This document shows, piece after piece, positions 1-9,652 of a stretch of DNA of 64,000 nt. The stretch is from Candidatus Brockarchaeota archaeon (GTDB taxonomy: Archaea > Thermoproteota > EX4484-205 > JAAOZP01). The first letter of the stretch is position 1, and each line of letters opens with the position of its first letter. The notes beneath the pieces were generated by a model. The model saw only the letters and a program-made list of their open reading frames with translations. It made no database searches and had not been told where the DNA came from. The DNA is taken from positions 11,826-75,825 of the forward strand of contig JAFNIT010000002.1 of assembly GCA_017601345.1 (NCBI GenBank). Reading direction: 5' to 3'. The position numbers were made by a program, and so were the translations under genes.

Positions 1-120
1 GTCAGGGAGAGCGTTATAAGGTGGATGATGGCTAATAACATTACTCATTTCAGAGACGTCGCTAGAGTCGTTACGGAGTTCCATGTTAAGAGGTCTGAAG
101 TCATTTCAAAGCTAAGGTGA
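1..120 (+). CDS. C-terminal end of a probable type II/IV secretion ATPase (FlaI/PilB/VirB11-like), partial
   Basis: Frame 1 reads VRESVIRWMMANNITHFRDVARVVTEFHVKRSEVISKLR*, resembling the C-terminal helices of archaeal pilus ATPases; directly upstream of a prepilin peptidase and a pilin. Confidence 0.5.
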   Translation, partial: VRESVIRWMMANNITHFRDVARVVTEFHVKRSEVISKLR

Positions 121-121
121 A

Positions 122-895
122 TTGCTCAACCATATTACGCTGTACTCTGCTAGAGGCGTAGTATCCATATTCCTTCTTTCCATAAGCTCTTTTCAAGACG
201 TTAAGAAAAGAGAGATAGACGACCGCGTTTGGATCGCCTTCATAATTGCAGCCTTACTCATAAACCTAGCAGGCGTGTTAACCGGCATAGTTGAACCAAT
301 GAGCTGGCTAGTGTTCGCAGGACTCCAGTCAGCATTATTCACCCTCCTATACTACGCAGGGGCTTTTGGAGGCGCTGACGCTAAATCGCTAATATGCTTA
401 AGCATCATGTACCCCACTTGTCTAACGGAGATTCTAACAGAACTGAGCATTGGAAGACTTACAGTACCCCTTTCCGCTTTCGACAATGCTATAATCCTCA
501 CCCTTGTATTCCCTGTGTTCAACTTATTATGGAACTTCTCGATGAGGCTGAGGGGTGTTGAACTCTTCAAAGGGTTAGAGAAGGAGGGATTGCATAGGAG
601 GATAGCTGCACTATTCCTATTAACGAAGATAAGTTTTTCATACTACCGTTCCAACTCCTTCAGATACGCGTTGGCTGAAAAATATAGTAGAAGCGGTGTT
701 AAAAGAATTGTCTTCACGAAGACTCTTGGAGAAGACTCTGGCAGCAGGCTTAGGGATGAGGAATATGTTTTCACAAACTTCCTCATCCCCCTTCAAGTCT
801 TCATACTGCTCGGCCTCGTCATACGCCTCCTGTATGGAGATATCCTATTGCTATTAACACTTGTAATAGTCAGACTGCTGATTAAGAGCTTTTAG
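122..895 (+). CDS. pibD: Prepilin/preflagellin peptidase (A24, PibD/FlaK-like)
   Basis: Multi-TM protein with SFQDVKKREIDD (first Asp) and FGGADAK (GxGD) motifs; next to a pilin. Confidence 0.85.
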   Translation: MLNHITLYSARGVVSIFLLSISSFQDVKKREIDDRVWIAFIIAALLINLAGVLTGIVEPMSWLVFAGLQSALFTLLYYAGAFGGADAKSLICLSIMYPTCLTEILTELSIGRLTVPLSAFDNAIILTLVFPVFNLLWNFSMRLRGVELFKGLEKEGLHRRIAALFLLTKISFSYYRSNSFRYALAEKYSRSGVKRIVFTKTLGEDSGSRLRDEEYVFTNFLIPLQVFILLGLVIRLLYGDILLLLTLVIVRLLIKSF

Positions 896-976
896 AACGA
901 AGTTTTAAAATAGTCTAATTAATTTATTGCTTTGCTTATGTTAAAAAAATTTAAAAGCATTCTCCTTTCCTAAGGA

Positions 977-1471
977 TTGGGTTTGGCGATAAGCCTTTTG
1001 AAAAGTAGAAGAGGCATTAGCCCAGTTATTACAGCAGTTATTTTAATAGCGATAGGAGTAGCCATCGTAATGCCGCTAATGCTGTGGGCCAGTGGCTTGA
1101 CCGGTTCTTTCACGAACCGTGAAAACATAAGGGCAGAGTTATATGAATGCTATAGTGAAGAAGATTTGTTCGTAATAAGAGTAGGATTGAAGAATCTAGG
1201 AGATACTCCTTCTAAAATAGCTGGCTTAACAATAAACGATGTCCCGTTAAGCGTTATGGAAGGCGTAGACTTACACTGGGTTTCTGAACAGGGAGAGTCT
1301 GGAGACGAGGTTCCAATACCCCTGAAAACGGGAGTTAAAGTTAAAGTTGAACTGAAAATACCATACGGAGCCTCTTACGACGGAGGTGTTTTAACCAGTG
1401 GCACGACCATTAGCCTGGGCTTCCACTCATCGAGAAATATCGACTATAAGATAACCGTGAGGCTCCCCTGA
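977..1471 (+). CDS. Archaeal type IV pilin-like protein
   Basis: Class III signal peptide SRRG|ISPVITAVILIAIGVAIV followed by a beta-rich domain. Confidence 0.85.
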   Translation: MGLAISLLKSRRGISPVITAVILIAIGVAIVMPLMLWASGLTGSFTNRENIRAELYECYSEEDLFVIRVGLKNLGDTPSKIAGLTINDVPLSVMEGVDLHWVSEQGESGDEVPIPLKTGVKVKVELKIPYGASYDGGVLTSGTTISLGFHSSRNIDYKITVRLP

Positions 1472-1530
1472 TAGAAAACCCTATCAGGTTAAAAACATAA
1501 AAAACACATTTGAATTAAAAAGCCCTAGCA

Positions 1531-2130
1531 TTGAGGCTGTTCGCATGCTCCGATATTCATCTGAGGCTTAACCTGCTTGAAGACGCTTTGAAGGATTCTA
1601 GGAACGCGGACCTTGCAGTCTGCCTTGGAGACATTACTGTTTTCAATAGGGGACTGGAAGCTGCTTTAGAGAATGTGAAGAGGTTGAACGAGCATGTGAT
1701 GATAATACCTGGAAACAACGAGCCTCCTAAGCTCTTGGAGGAGAAGGCTATGGAAAAAGGGCTGATTTTCATGCATGGTAGAAAGGTTTTCTTCAAAGGC
1801 TTTACCTTCGCCGGAATCGGCGGGAGCCTCTATACGCCTTTCAAAACCCCCTTCGAAATAGGTGAGGACGGTTTCAAACAGATACTTTCAGAGTTTAAGG
1901 GCTCTAAGAACCTTATACTCCTTTCGCACAGTCCTCCATTCAACACTACTCTAGACTCAACCTTCTCCGGCGAGCATGTTGGCTCACTGGAGCTCAGGAA
2001 GTTCATAGAAGAGGAGGCTCCGATAATTTGCCTATGCGGCCATGTTCACGAGAGAGCAGGATTATCCGAGAAGATTGGTAACACGCTCGTCGTAAACCCT
2101 GGAGCCAGGGGTATGCTGCTGGAGGTTTAG
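1531..2130 (+). CDS. Calcineurin-like metallophosphoesterase
   Basis: DIH, GD, GNNE, H and GHVH motifs. Confidence 0.9.
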   Translation: MRLFACSDIHLRLNLLEDALKDSRNADLAVCLGDITVFNRGLEAALENVKRLNEHVMIIPGNNEPPKLLEEKAMEKGLIFMHGRKVFFKGFTFAGIGGSLYTPFKTPFEIGEDGFKQILSEFKGSKNLILLSHSPPFNTTLDSTFSGEHVGSLELRKFIEEEAPIICLCGHVHERAGLSEKIGNTLVVNPGARGMLLEV

Positions 2131-2135
2131 CTGCT

Positions 2136-2690
2136 TTGAAGATTCTTATCACCGGCAGGCCTGGAATAGGTAAGACGACTCTTATCTCCAAAGTTTTCAA
2201 AGGTCTCAGGGACAAGGGGGTTTCAGCCGGCGGTATGATAACCTACGAGGTCAGGGAGAAGGGTGTTAGGACAGGGTTCATCGTGGAGGATTTGAAAACT
2301 GGTTTAAAAGGGATTATGGCTAGCATCACCCAGGGGCCTGGGCCGAGAGTCGGTAAATACATTGTCAACGTCGCCGAGATCGAGAGGGTTGGTGTTAAAG
2401 CTGTTGAAAACGCTTTGGCGGATGATGAAGTCATCATCATAGATGAAATAGGGCCGATGGAGCTTTACTCCAATTCTTTTAAAACGATTGTTTCTAAAAC
2501 ATTCTCTTCGTCTAAGAAAGTCGTTGCAACAATACACTATAAGGCTTCTCAGGATTCTTTTTGCAGAAGCATATTGTCTAAGACAGGTGTTAAAACCTAC
2601 GTTGTAACACTCGAGAACAGGAATAGTCTTCCAAACATTATTCTAGAGGAATTTAATTTGCCTGACGCTATCCGGAATCCTCCGGAATAG
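2136..2690 (+). CDS. Nucleoside-triphosphatase (THEP1/COG1618 NTPase)
   Basis: MKILITGRPGIGKTT Walker A; IIIDEIGPMEL Walker B. Confidence 0.9.
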   Translation: MKILITGRPGIGKTTLISKVFKGLRDKGVSAGGMITYEVREKGVRTGFIVEDLKTGLKGIMASITQGPGPRVGKYIVNVAEIERVGVKAVENALADDEVIIIDEIGPMELYSNSFKTIVSKTFSSSKKVVATIHYKASQDSFCRSILSKTGVKTYVVTLENRNSLPNIILEEFNLPDAIRNPPE

Positions 2691-2715
2691 GAGATTTAAT
2701 TAAGCTGGATAAGAC

Positions 2716-3059
2716 ATGAGGCTAGAGTTTAAGCCTAGCTGGGAAAGACATCTTAAATTGTTAGTGTTGGTAATTCTGGTAAAGTAATCGGAGGTAGATT
2801 TTAGAGAAGGCGAAATAAAGATTTAGAGAATTCTGTTAACCAACTTATCGAACCCAAGATATACCATGATTTTCAGATTATTCCTTATCGAGGAAAGTAG
2901 TTTTGAAGATCGATGTTAAAGCCGTATTTTTTATCTCGCTACGTGAGGAAGCAAAGGTTACGAGAAGACTTGATAGCGTTTTCTGTAATTGGTTTCGCAT
3001 AAAGCTTCTCTATATTTCATGGAGTTAGCAGAAAGGAAGCTCTTGCTAAAACTTTATGA
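2716..3059 (+). pseudogene. Decayed Schlafen/AlbA_2-domain gene remnant
   Basis: Fragments in shifting frames: MRLEFKPSWERHLKLLV / VGNSGKVIG / LENSVNQLIEPKIYHDFQIIPYRGK / VVLKIDVK, in the order expected for AlbA_2 motifs; several stops and frameshifts. Confidence 0.45.
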
Positions 3060-3158
3060 GAGAAGCATAGACGATACTTATCTAAACTTGAGAAACGGTT
3101 TTTTAATAAGTCTGAGGTGCTTCGGAGAAACTTTATAACGTTCTTTTACAACTGTTAA

Positions 3159-4859
3159 ATGCTAATGGATGTGGGTCAGCAGAAGCTCGATGAGAAAACT
3201 GTAGAGGTTGCTGGGAGGAAGATAGCAATAGGCGGTCCAAAGCCGGAGTTGAGAAGTGGAGAGGCTCTCGTAAGGAACACTCTGTCAGTCTGCCCAGAGT
3301 GCTACAGGCTTCTACCAGCAGTCGTATATGAGAAGGAAAGTAAGATATGGATAAGAAAGGCTTGTCCTGAACACGGTGAAGTCGAAGACCTATACTGGGG
3401 AGATGCTGAAATGTACAAGAAGGCTATGAGGTTTGAAGCCCCTCCTACGAAGGTGAAATATGCTTACAAGCAGCTTGAGAATCCTTGTCCGTTTTCATGC
3501 GGCATATGCTCTACACACACTACTCAAACAGCACTTGCCAACGTTGTCGTGACGAACAGGTGTAACTTCAGTTGTTGGTATTGCTTTTTCTTCGCCGAGA
3601 AATCTGGTTACGTGTATGAGCCAACGTTAGAGCAGTATAGGATGATGATGAAGCATTTGAGGAAGCAGTATCCATACGGTGCTAAGGCGATTCAGCTTAC
3701 TGGTGGCGAGCCATTGATGAGAGACGACATTGTTGACATAGTTAGAATAACAAAGGAAGAAGGCTTTACGCATATTCAATTAAACACTCATGGAATCTTC
3801 TTCGCATTGGACGGTGGTGTAGACCTGGCTAGGAGGCTGAGGGAGGCTGGCGTCAACACTGTCTACCTCAGCTTCGATGGCCTAGACCCGAAGATAAACG
3901 TGAAGAACCATTGGGAAGTACCTTACATTTTCGAAGCGTTCAGGAAGGCCGGTATGACTAGCGTAGTCCTAGTGCCGACGGTCATAAACGGCTGGAATAC
4001 TCACGAGCTGGGTAAGATAGTCAGGTTTGCAGCATACAATAGCGATATTGTTAGAGGGGTTAACTTCCAACCAGTATCCCTCGTAGGCCAAATGCCTAGG
4101 AGCGAGAGGGATAAGCATAGGATAACAATACCCGACGTGATCAGGCTTTTAGAAGAGCAAACCAATGGGGAAATAGGCAGGGATGCTTGGTACCCTGTTC
4201 CATTCACCCTCGTCTTAACAATGTTCTTGGAGAAGCTGACTAAGGGGAAGGAGAGGTGGCACATGCCTATTCACCCTGCCTGTGGGATGGCAACGTACGT
4301 TTACCTCGACAAGTCTAGGGATGATGTCCATTTCGTGCCGATAACCAGCTTCGTCGATGTAGAAGGCTTCTCCGAATACTTAAAGGAGAAGACCGTCGAG
4401 ATGGAGAAGGGCAGGAGCAGGTATCTCGTAATGTTAGAGCTACTCCGCAAGTTGGGAAGCTTCATAGAAAAGAAGAAGCAGCCTAAAGACCTCAACCTCG
4501 GGAAAATAATAGCCAACATTATCCTTAGGAGGAGCTATGGTGCGTTAAGCGTATTCCATTACAAGTTCCTCTACCTTGGTATGATGCACTTCATGGATCC
4601 TTACAATTATGATGTTGAGAGGGTCATGCATTGCGGTGTTCACTATGTGACTCCTGAGCCGAATGTTGTTCCCTTCTGTACCTTCAACGTTCTGCCGGAG
4701 CTTTACAGGGATAATGTTCAGAAAGAGTTTTCGGTGAGCCTTGAGGAGTGGAACAGGCTTAAGCCAGGGACCGTTGGCGACAGGGCTAAGTACAAGAGGG
4801 ACGTTAAGAAGCTCGCCTCCGGAGAGACGTATAGGAAGACATACGAGGGCTTTCTGTAG
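3159..4859 (+). CDS. tes: Tetraether lipid synthase (radical SAM, Tes/GDGT-MAS, MJ0619 family)
   Basis: N-terminal CPEC...CPEH and CPFSCGIC motifs, radical SAM CNFSCWYC, C-terminal HCGVHY...PFCTFN. Confidence 0.8.
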   Translation: MLMDVGQQKLDEKTVEVAGRKIAIGGPKPELRSGEALVRNTLSVCPECYRLLPAVVYEKESKIWIRKACPEHGEVEDLYWGDAEMYKKAMRFEAPPTKVKYAYKQLENPCPFSCGICSTHTTQTALANVVVTNRCNFSCWYCFFFAEKSGYVYEPTLEQYRMMMKHLRKQYPYGAKAIQLTGGEPLMRDDIVDIVRITKEEGFTHIQLNTHGIFFALDGGVDLARRLREAGVNTVYLSFDGLDPKINVKNHWEVPYIFEAFRKAGMTSVVLVPTVINGWNTHELGKIVRFAAYNSDIVRGVNFQPVSLVGQMPRSERDKHRITIPDVIRLLEEQTNGEIGRDAWYPVPFTLVLTMFLEKLTKGKERWHMPIHPACGMATYVYLDKSRDDVHFVPITSFVDVEGFSEYLKEKTVEMEKGRSRYLVMLELLRKLGSFIEKKKQPKDLNLGKIIANIILRRSYGALSVFHYKFLYLGMMHFMDPYNYDVERVMHCGVHYVTPEPNVVPFCTFNVLPELYRDNVQKEFSVSLEEWNRLKPGTVGDRAKYKRDVKKLASGETYRKTYEGFL

Positions 4860-4906
4860 AGGGCCAGTAAAAGTATTTAAAACTCCTAGGTTTTTAAACA
4901 GCTGGG

Positions 4907-5512
4907 ATGACTAAGCTAGGCGAGTCTGCCCCCGATTTCGAAGCCCCTACGACAAAAGGCAGGGTTAAGCTATCCGCATTAAAGGAGAAATGGGTCGTGT
5001 TGTTAACACACCCCTCTGGCTTCAACCCTGTTTGCACAACCGAGATCATATCTTTATCCCAGCGTATGGATGAGTTTAAGAAGATGGGTGCTGAAGTCTA
5101 CTCCATATGCTCCGGGAGCCTGCAGAGCCATATTGCTTGGATTAGGGATGTCGAGGAGAAGTATGGCTTGAAAATACTTGTTCCAGTGGTAGCCGACCCG
5201 GACAATAAGATACTGGGCTCCTACGGTGCTTTAGATGCTAATGGCAATGTTTCCAGAAGCGTTTTCATCATAGACCCGGCTGGTGTTTTAAGGTTCGAGG
5301 CCCATTATCCTCCTGAGGTTGGGAGGAACGTTAAGGAGCTTGTCAGAGTTTTAAAGGCTTTTCAAACTAGTGTTAAATCAGGCCTCTTGGCTCCTGCGAA
5401 CTGGGAGCCCGGGGAACCCATGCTAATGCCACCGCCTTCAACCATCGACGAGGCTGAGAAGAAGGTTAGAGAGGGGGCGGAGCGATGGTACCTTCAGAGA
5501 AAGCAGGTTTAG
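4907..5512 (+). CDS. Peroxiredoxin (Prx6-like)
   Basis: FNPVCTTE peroxidatic motif, RSVFIIDP, GRNVKE, PANW. Confidence 0.9.
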   Translation: MTKLGESAPDFEAPTTKGRVKLSALKEKWVVLLTHPSGFNPVCTTEIISLSQRMDEFKKMGAEVYSICSGSLQSHIAWIRDVEEKYGLKILVPVVADPDNKILGSYGALDANGNVSRSVFIIDPAGVLRFEAHYPPEVGRNVKELVRVLKAFQTSVKSGLLAPANWEPGEPMLMPPPSTIDEAEKKVREGAERWYLQRKQV

Positions 5513-6393
5513 ACTAGGCATCTCTTCCTAGCTGATTTAGCAATGGCTTGAAAAAGTATTCTTACTGCAGCCGCTGCTGAAGACCCTCCGCAGTCTAGGA
5601 TAGGGTTCAGCTCAACCAGGTCCATGCCTACGAGCCTGTCAGTCACGGAGTGTTCTAAGAGGTCTAGAAGGATACTGGTGGAGATGCCGCATGCTTCAGG
5701 GTTCCCCACACCAGGCGCGTAAGCAGGGTCGAGAACATCTAGGTCGATGCTGATGTAGAGGCTTCCAGCTTCCTCCACAATACGTCTAAGCATGCTGGAA
5801 GATTCCGAGAAGCTTTGAAGTATCTTCTTCGACGTAATGAAATCCCTGTCATGCGCGTACTCGACTTCTTCTCTACATGTTGCTCTAACCCCTACGTGGA
5901 CAACCTTGCAAACCTCTTCGCTTATCCTTCTCATAACGGTCGCGTGGCTAATCTTTACGCCCTGAGGATACTCATCCCTATAGTCGAAGTGAGCGTCGAA
6001 ACATAGCAGGAGCTCAGGCCTTAGGGCCCGGGCGGCTCCCAGTGTTATAGTGTGCTCCCCGCCCAGTAGCACGGGGATCTTAGAGTCCTCATGGACCTCT
6101 CTGCAAACGGTCTCAACCCTTTTCAAAACCTCTTCAACGCTGAAGGTTACTGCAACATCCCCCAGGTCTGAGATTGGTATTTTCTCCACGTCTATGTAGT
6201 CGTCTAGGCTAAGCATCTCTGCCTCGGCTGAGAAGAGCCTTATGCTCGCCGGCCCGAATCTTGAGCCGGGTCTGAAGGAAGTCGTGTTGTCAAACGGTAC
6301 TCCAATAACTGAGAACCACGAGTCTTCGTACCTATGTCTCGCTCCTGAGAAGCAGTAGGGGTTTTCAACTAGGTACAGCCCCTTCTTGTTCAA
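5509..6393 (-). CDS. speB: Agmatinase
   Basis: GGEHTIT, DAHFD, HAT and SIDLDVLDPAYAPGVG ureohydrolase motifs. Confidence 0.9.
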   Translation of the reverse strand: MNKKGLYLVENPYCFSGARHRYEDSWFSVIGVPFDNTTSFRPGSRFGPASIRLFSAEAEMLSLDDYIDVEKIPISDLGDVAVTFSVEEVLKRVETVCREVHEDSKIPVLLGGEHTITLGAARALRPELLLCFDAHFDYRDEYPQGVKISHATVMRRISEEVCKVVHVGVRATCREEVEYAHDRDFITSKKILQSFSESSSMLRRIVEEAGSLYISIDLDVLDPAYAPGVGNPEACGISTSILLDLLEHSVTDRLVGMDLVELNPILDCGGSSAAAAVRILFQAIAKSARKRCLV

Positions 6394-6471
6394 ACCGGCT
6401 TCTCTGCAAGCAGGCTGTAGATAAAGTTTCCCAGTGGCGGCTTTAAGCCTTTAAACACTAGTGATATTAGA

Positions 6472-7119
6472 ATGCTCTATGAATTCTTCAACCATATTAG
6501 GAACTTCATTCCCTTATTACTCTTAATTAAAGCTGCTGTGCAGGATTTTAAGCAGAAGGAGCTAGATGCTTCCTCATGGCTCCCAATAATCATACTAGGC
6601 GGATTATCCCTAGGCGTTGAGCTAGCTGTTTCTCTGAACATGGTGGAGGTCATTACGAGGCTCGTAGTCACGCTTACGGTATTTTTCACATTGTATTTTC
6701 TAAACCTTTATGAAGCAGGGGACGCGGTAATTATGATCGGTTTAAGCCTCGTCCATATCTCTACTAGAAAGCCTCTGGTGGGAGGATATTTTCTCCAAAC
6801 CCTATTCCCAGACTTCGGCTTCACAATCCTATGGAATACTGAGCTGCTCATGCTAATGCTAATCTCTTTGAAAACAGCTTTCAAAACTTTTTCAAGAGCT
6901 TTGAAAAAAGACATTGTTAATAACAGGATTTTTGACATTAAAACCGCTCACTTAATGTTTCCGGGGGGAATTAGGGAGAAAGATTATGCCGAACCTAATG
7001 TTTTAAAGCAAAAAATCCCCCTGGTCTCATTGCTATTACCAGGGTACGTGGCAACGATTCTCTTCGGAAGCATTGCCCCATTGCCTTTTCAACTTCTACC
7101 GTCCTCAGCCCTCGACTAA
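6472..7119 (+). CDS. Second A24 prepilin peptidase-like membrane protein
   Basis: AAVQDFKQKE and YEAGDA motifs; multi-TM; architecture parallels 122..895. Confidence 0.65.
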   Translation: MLYEFFNHIRNFIPLLLLIKAAVQDFKQKELDASSWLPIIILGGLSLGVELAVSLNMVEVITRLVVTLTVFFTLYFLNLYEAGDAVIMIGLSLVHISTRKPLVGGYFLQTLFPDFGFTILWNTELLMLMLISLKTAFKTFSRALKKDIVNNRIFDIKTAHLMFPGGIREKDYAEPNVLKQKIPLVSLLLPGYVATILFGSIAPLPFQLLPSSALD

Positions 7120-7141
7120 GAATGTAAAGACTGCGGTTCAA

Positions 7142-7699
7142 CTATGGTATGAATACTGCTGCTGCGACAACAGTTGTCCATAAACCATCCTTATTGCCTA
7201 CTGCAGACTGTGTTATGCTCATCGTCTTAACCCTCTTACCGCTTATCTTCCATATCTCCTTCTGCTCATCCCAGCTCTTGTCTATGTCGAATGGAACGCC
7301 CAGGGTAGAGGCCAGCATGAATGCCGCAAGGTCCTCAGCATAATCTCCAGCCTTCTTCTCAGTCTGGCCGAAAGAGTGGTGCTCGCTCAAATAGCCGTAG
7401 CTCTCATCGTCAAGCGGCTTAGCCATGCCTATTGAAGCTGCTATAAGCCTATTGGGCTCATTCGTCTCATTCCTAGCCAGGACAACGAATATTACCTGCC
7501 CGGGTTTAAGCTTGCTCAAGCCCTCTTCCCTACTTATCACCTTGCAACCAGGCGGGATTATGCTAGAAATAGGCACGAGGTTGAACTGAGCTATGCCAGC
7601 ATCCCTCAAAGCTATCTCGAACGACGCAAGCCTTTCCCTGTGAACACCAACGCCCTTTGTGAAGAAAACTTCCCTCGGTACGAAGCTGAATCCTTCCAT
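7142..7699 (-). CDS. pdaD: Pyruvoyl-dependent arginine decarboxylase
   Basis: [13 protein letters not shown]...[25 protein letters not shown]; likely start is ATG at 7699, not 7858. Confidence 0.9.
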   Translation of the reverse strand: MEGFSFVPREVFFTKGVGVHRERLASFEIALRDAGIAQFNLVPISSIIPPGCKVISREEGLSKLKPGQVIFVVLARNETNEPNRLIAASIGMAKPLDDESYGYLSEHHSFGQTEKKAGDYAEDLAAFMLASTLGVPFDIDKSWDEQKEIWKISGKRVKTMSITQSAVGNKDGLWTTVVAAAVFIP

Positions 7700-7795
7700 T
7701 CTTAGTCTATTGAGAGAGAATTCGAAAAAAGGTTTAAGATAAAGTTTTCCCCAGACGGTAAAGCGTATTAGGGAGCTTCTCCAAAGAGCTTTGAA

Positions 7796-8791
7796 ATGAT
7801 TTCGCAGAACAAGGTTAGGATAATGATAGTTGGATGCGGCGGAATATCTTTCATGCATGTCAACAACCTGATTAAGCTAGGCAATGCCGAGATAGTTGGG
7901 TTATGCGATGTTAATCCCGGGAACACAAAGAGGCTTAAAGACCATTTCCCCATGCTACGGGCAGTAAGGGAATATAGTGATTACAGAGAGATGTACGACT
8001 CTACTGAGGCCGATGCTGTCCTAGTGTTGACGCCGCATACACTGCACTTTAACCAAGCTATGGATGCTTTAAAAAAGGAGATGCACGTGCTGGTTGAGAA
8101 ACCCATGACTACCAGGGTTGAACACGCTAAGAAGCTTGTTGAGAAAGCGTCGGAGGAAAAAAGGATTTTAATGGTCTCCTACCAGAGGCATTACGAACCT
8201 CCGTTCAGATTCATAAAAGCGAGGATTGAGTCAGGAAGCATTGGAGAAGTTCAATTCGCAACATCCCTACTGACCCAAGAGTGGATGAGGCTAACCAAGG
8301 GGACATGGAGGCAAGACCCCGAGCTGAGCGGCGGCGGAGAGCTTATGGATAGCGGGAGCCATATCGTTGATTTCATCCTTTGGTCAACAGGGTTAAAACC
8401 CTTGGAAGTATTTGCCCAAGTCGACTACAGGGGGTGTAGAGTGGATATCAACACCTCGCTTACCGTCAGGTTCTCAAACGGAGCCCTAGCCAGCGTAAGC
8501 ATAGTTGGAGATGCTCCCCGTTTCGAAGAATACCATGCGATCTACGGCACGCAGGGGGCGATTTTCTACGATAACGGTAAGATTAGGCTACTGGATGCTG
8601 AAGGATCTTTTTCAACGACGCCCTTAAAAATGCCTTTTGAACCCAGTAATCCTGATAGGAATTTCGTAATGAGCATACTAGGGCTTGAAAAGCCTGAGTC
8701 ACCGGGCGAGTGCGGCCTAAGGGTAATAGAGCTTACTGAAGCAGCTTTGGAAAGCGCTAGGCGCGGTGAGAAAATAAGCCTCCGAGAGTAA
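7796..8791 (+). CDS. Gfo/Idh/MocA family oxidoreductase
   Basis: VGCGGIS Rossmann motif, [18 protein letters not shown]. Confidence 0.9.
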   Translation: MISQNKVRIMIVGCGGISFMHVNNLIKLGNAEIVGLCDVNPGNTKRLKDHFPMLRAVREYSDYREMYDSTEADAVLVLTPHTLHFNQAMDALKKEMHVLVEKPMTTRVEHAKKLVEKASEEKRILMVSYQRHYEPPFRFIKARIESGSIGEVQFATSLLTQEWMRLTKGTWRQDPELSGGGELMDSGSHIVDFILWSTGLKPLEVFAQVDYRGCRVDINTSLTVRFSNGALASVSIVGDAPRFEEYHAIYGTQGAIFYDNGKIRLLDAEGSFSTTPLKMPFEPSNPDRNFVMSILGLEKPESPGECGLRVIELTEAALESARRGEKISLRE

Positions 8792-8809
8792 ACGGGAGAG
8801 GATAAGAGG

Positions 8810-9448
8810 ATGCAGAGGTTCGACCTCCACATACATACTTTCTTCTCCAGAGACTCGTGGATAGACCCTAAGCTCCTCCCTAAAGTAGCTGAGTCAAGGG
8901 GTTTAAGGGGCTTTGCTATCACAGACCACAATCGTTTCGGAGCACATAGGATGATAGAAGCAGGGAGCATGCTCGTAGTACCTGGCGTGGAGATAAGGAC
9001 TAACGTTGGAGACTTGATCGCCCTATTCATACAGGAGCCTGTTGACTCCAGTGATCCTTTTGAAATCCATGATGTAGTAAAGTCGCAAGACGGCGTTTTG
9101 ATAGCGGCCCACCCCTTCGGATTTCCAAGGGTACAGAGAAGCGCAAGTAAAAAAATCTATGAGCTCTTGGATGGTGTTGAAGTAGTGAATGCGAGGAATA
9201 TTCTCCGAGGACAGAACGAGAAGGCCTTGGAACTTGCTAAAAGGCTTGGGAAGGCAGAAGTGGGCGGTAGCGACGCGCACACGATGCGGGAAGTTGGAAG
9301 AGCATACACTTTGGCGGACGCCTCAAGCCTAGAGGAGCTGCGTTCAGCAATAAAGAGAAAGAGTACTTGTGGATCCGGGATGTTGAGCACGCCTCTGGTG
9401 CACCTGGCTAGTTTTGCTGCAAGAATTATGCACATTATCTCGCATTAG
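8810..9448 (+). CDS. PHP-domain metal-dependent hydrolase
   Basis: DLHIHT, AITDHN, GVEI, AHP and GGSDAH motifs. Confidence 0.9.
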   Translation: MQRFDLHIHTFFSRDSWIDPKLLPKVAESRGLRGFAITDHNRFGAHRMIEAGSMLVVPGVEIRTNVGDLIALFIQEPVDSSDPFEIHDVVKSQDGVLIAAHPFGFPRVQRSASKKIYELLDGVEVVNARNILRGQNEKALELAKRLGKAEVGGSDAHTMREVGRAYTLADASSLEELRSAIKRKSTCGSGMLSTPLVHLASFAARIMHIISH

Positions 9449-9497
9449 AGATGTGTTTTTCTATATATTGCTTGATATTACTTGGAATAAGAATTGG

Positions 9498-9505
9498 AAA
9501 AAAAA
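9498..9505 (-). terminator. Oligo-T archaeal terminator candidate
   Basis: T8 on the minus strand just after the small ORF stop. Confidence 0.45.
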
Positions 9506-9522
9506 TAAGGGGGTGAAAAGTC

Positions 9523-9588
9523 TCAGCACTTACCCTTACTCTTCTTAGATTTACCCTTACTCTTCTTAGATTTTTTCTTCACTGCCAT
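9523..9588 (-). CDS. Small lysine-rich peptide MAVKKKSKKSKGKSKKSKGKC (21 aa)
   Basis: ATG at 9588 to TGA at 9523; built on a perfect 21-nt tandem duplication; TATA-like TTTATG about 25 nt upstream and T8 run 18 nt downstream. Confidence 0.55.
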   Translation of the reverse strand: MAVKKKSKKSKGKSKKSKGKC

Positions 9589-9652
9589 TTTTTCAAAAGA
9601 ATTGATGCTGAACATAAACTTAAACTTTTTGTTTTTTAACGTTTTGAAAAAA

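Noticed and set aside
7700-7858. 53-aa N-terminal extension of pdaD in the ORF track
   Set aside because: Overlaps the divergent oxidoreductase gene and its promoter region; family similarity begins at Met 7699.
9529-9571. 21-nt direct repeat considered as a CRISPR remnant
   Set aside because: Two adjacent copies with no spacer; explained as an in-frame duplication within the small ORF.
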